From NCBI GenBank assembly GCA_002633005.1, contig NMRA01000135.1, positions 652,183-716,182 of the forward strand: a stretch of DNA of 64,000 bases, read 5' to 3'. The position numbers and the translations under genes are program-made. A model generated the notes under the pieces. It made no database searches and had not been told where the DNA came from. It worked only from the letters and a program-made list of their open reading frames with translations. Below are positions 61,781-64,000 of this stretch, piece by piece. Numbering within the stretch: position 1 is the first letter of the stretch; each line of letters starts with the position of its first letter. The DNA is from Phoronis australis. Taxonomy: Eukaryota; Animalia; Phoronida.

Positions 61781-63315
61781 GTTGCACCTGAGATGTGTAA
61801 GTCTGTTAAGTTAGCAAAAGTTATTGTGCTTAAGATACCTAAAGGTAAAAACCAGTATTAAGTAAAAGATAACTATTCTAGTAGGGGGAAGAACACAGTC
61901 AGCTGTCAGGTAAACATAACTTAATGACAATAGAGAGGGAATTATTATCCCCTAAAGTATTGTGCATCAGGTTGAAGAGGTGGAAGCTAAATGTCTGTCG
62001 CACTTGTTAACATTTATAAGCATGGCTCACGCACCTGGTAAATTCAGTTCACCGACTAACCAGCAAACCAAACGGATTTACAGACCACAGTTTACGTTGT
62101 GATGTGAACCCATGTTTGGGGACAAATTAGTGTTGGGAGCATAAGGCATTTTGTGGGTGAGGCACCATGACTGGCTGATCGGTGTTTATGAGTCCGAGCA
62201 AGGGTTTGGGAATTGGTGAACTGAGTATATCAGGCCCAACAGCCAAGCTTAAAAGTGAGTAAAAAGTTCAGGAGTGTGATAGCCAGCTGTTTTCACCTTG
62301 TCAGTAAAAGGGGCATTAAACGAGCTTTCTGTGAAAAACGATTTTTAGAAATGGTCTTAACTTATTCCTTAATGTGATTAGTAGGCCGATATATGGACTT
62401 GTGAAGAACAGTTTGTTACTTCTTAAGACCAAACTCACAATGACCTCAAACTTCATGAGCTTGGTGTGAAGAAACAAGGAACTGCCAGTTCCTCCCGAGC
62501 CCAGAGATCACCTCTAAACTGAGTAAGAAACAAGACCAATTTCACAATCTTGGGAGGCCTACACAGAAAGCACGCTGTGAGTTATGCCACTAGAGAAGTT
62601 GCGAGCACAATCCTGCATGCATTTGCCAGCGAGATGTAAAATTTTTCCCATCAATACTGTAAGATTGCAATGTCAACTTTTTGCATAGAGGTGTGAAATT
62701 CAAGAGTACAGGTGGAATTAATGGACGTAGCAATACATGGTTTCAAATGAAATAGACCACTCATGGTCTCTCTTATAGGGAAGGCTAAATGTACTTAGCC
62801 GGCCAGGCTCCCTCTGGGATGACAACCCTAGCTTGCCTCCGTAGGGGCTGTGAAGGGGACAGTCCTGTTTCAGTCCTAGGAGCAAGTGGCAGTAGCCCCT
62901 GGCTTTGTCTATTTATTTATTTTTTTTCCATCGCTATGTGTTAGTGCTAAGTGAATTATGGCTACTGCTGTAATATATTCAAAGGCAGCAGGGACAGTTT
63001 GGTCATGCCGTGACATGTTTTATCTTAGTGCAACTTCTGTGCCAGAACTCAAAGCCTAACATATTGTGTCCTAAATTAGTGAGATTTTGCTGTTGATACC
63101 AGGCACAAATCCTGAAGCTTCAGGACCGCACCTGCTCCAGCGCTATTTTACTAAATTAAATCCAGAATGATCACACATCCATGCCTGAGTACAGCTAAGC
63201 ATCCAGTTAATAAACTGTTTAAAATTAACATTTGCCGTCTCTTCTCTTTAGCGTTGGTTGCCTTTGACAGAGTTTCTGTATTACTGACCAAGAGCTAGTA
63301 CTCCCGATAGCCATC

Positions 63316-63442
63316 ATGTCCGACACCTCTCTGGAAACTTCGGAAATTACTAAAGAGTTTTTACTCGACGTGATCAAGGCATCGCATACACAAAAGGACA
63401 TCAAAATCACCCACTACAGTGTGGACCTAGCAAACTCAACAG
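63316..63442 (+). CDS. First coding exon of a probable CHK/ecdysteroid-kinase-like (EcKL) protein; continues beyond the window
   Basis: Acceptor at 63250-63251, ATCATG start, MSDTSLETSEITKEFLLDVIKASHTQKDIKITHYSVDLANSTG and donor AG|GTGAGA. Resembles the EcKL N-terminus that precedes the G(D/E)NY motif; no catalytic motif is in view. Confidence 0.45.
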
Positions 63443-64000
63443 GTGAGATGGGGACAAACTATTGTTTTCACATCAGCGAGGGTGTGTGCAAGAAAAAATG
63501 TGCTTGCACTCCTTAATTGTGTCCCTGAGGCCACACAAATGCCCTGCCTCTCTCAAATCGTACTGATCACAAAGGATTTTCCCATTGTCAACAATTTTGT
63601 CTAACAAACAAATCACACCTGTTTGCGGTGCAAAAACAACCATTTGTCATCCGGAATTGTCACTATTTGCCAAATCTAAACTAAAAATTATAGGGGAAGG
63701 CTGTACCAATCCACATACTAATACATATTTCTATCATGATGCGAGATAATACTTTTTATTAGCATCATTTCTCCAAAGGTTCACAAGCCATTGCAAATAC
63801 ATTTTCAGCTTATGAAGAACTGACGTGGAAATTGCATGTTGTTGAAGCATTGTGTATAGAAGCATCTTGGTAACTAAGGAGTATTTGTCTTTTAGGGAAA
63901 AACTTCATCTGCACTGTTTTTCGTGCCAAAGTGACATTCACATTGAATTCCTGCGAAACCGAACACGACGAATTCATCATCAAGGTTGTGCCCCACAATG

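Overview
AT-rich, intron-rich metazoan genomic DNA, probably from an invertebrate bilaterian; there are no prokaryotic features. The ORF track hides most genes, so exon chains were rebuilt by hand from GT-AG sites and codon phase. Gene order: MIIP (-, runs off the left edge, one expected exon not found), head-to-head with XXYLT1 (+, 2 exons); PSMB6 (-, 6 exons); two tandem paralogous genes of no family I recognise (-, about 24.8-27.4 kb and 30.9-32.1 kb); SNRPE (-, 5 exons, U12-type first intron), head-to-head with CAPS2 (+, 18 coding exons); and the first coding exon of a probable ecdysteroid-kinase-like (CHK/EcKL) gene at the right edge. The best novelty candidate is the paralog pair. Each encodes a small protein with an N-terminal PPxY motif (plus PSAP in one copy), a conserved KKSTWHFEI block and a C-terminal membrane anchor, and synonymous-site divergence indicates coding constraint. 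Other items: three Penelope-type minimal hammerhead-like motifs, a candidate 12-nt CAPS2 microexon, CTCF-like motifs near CAPS2 donor sites, and many MITEs and tRNA-derived SINE heads. No database searches were run; family names come from motif recognition.
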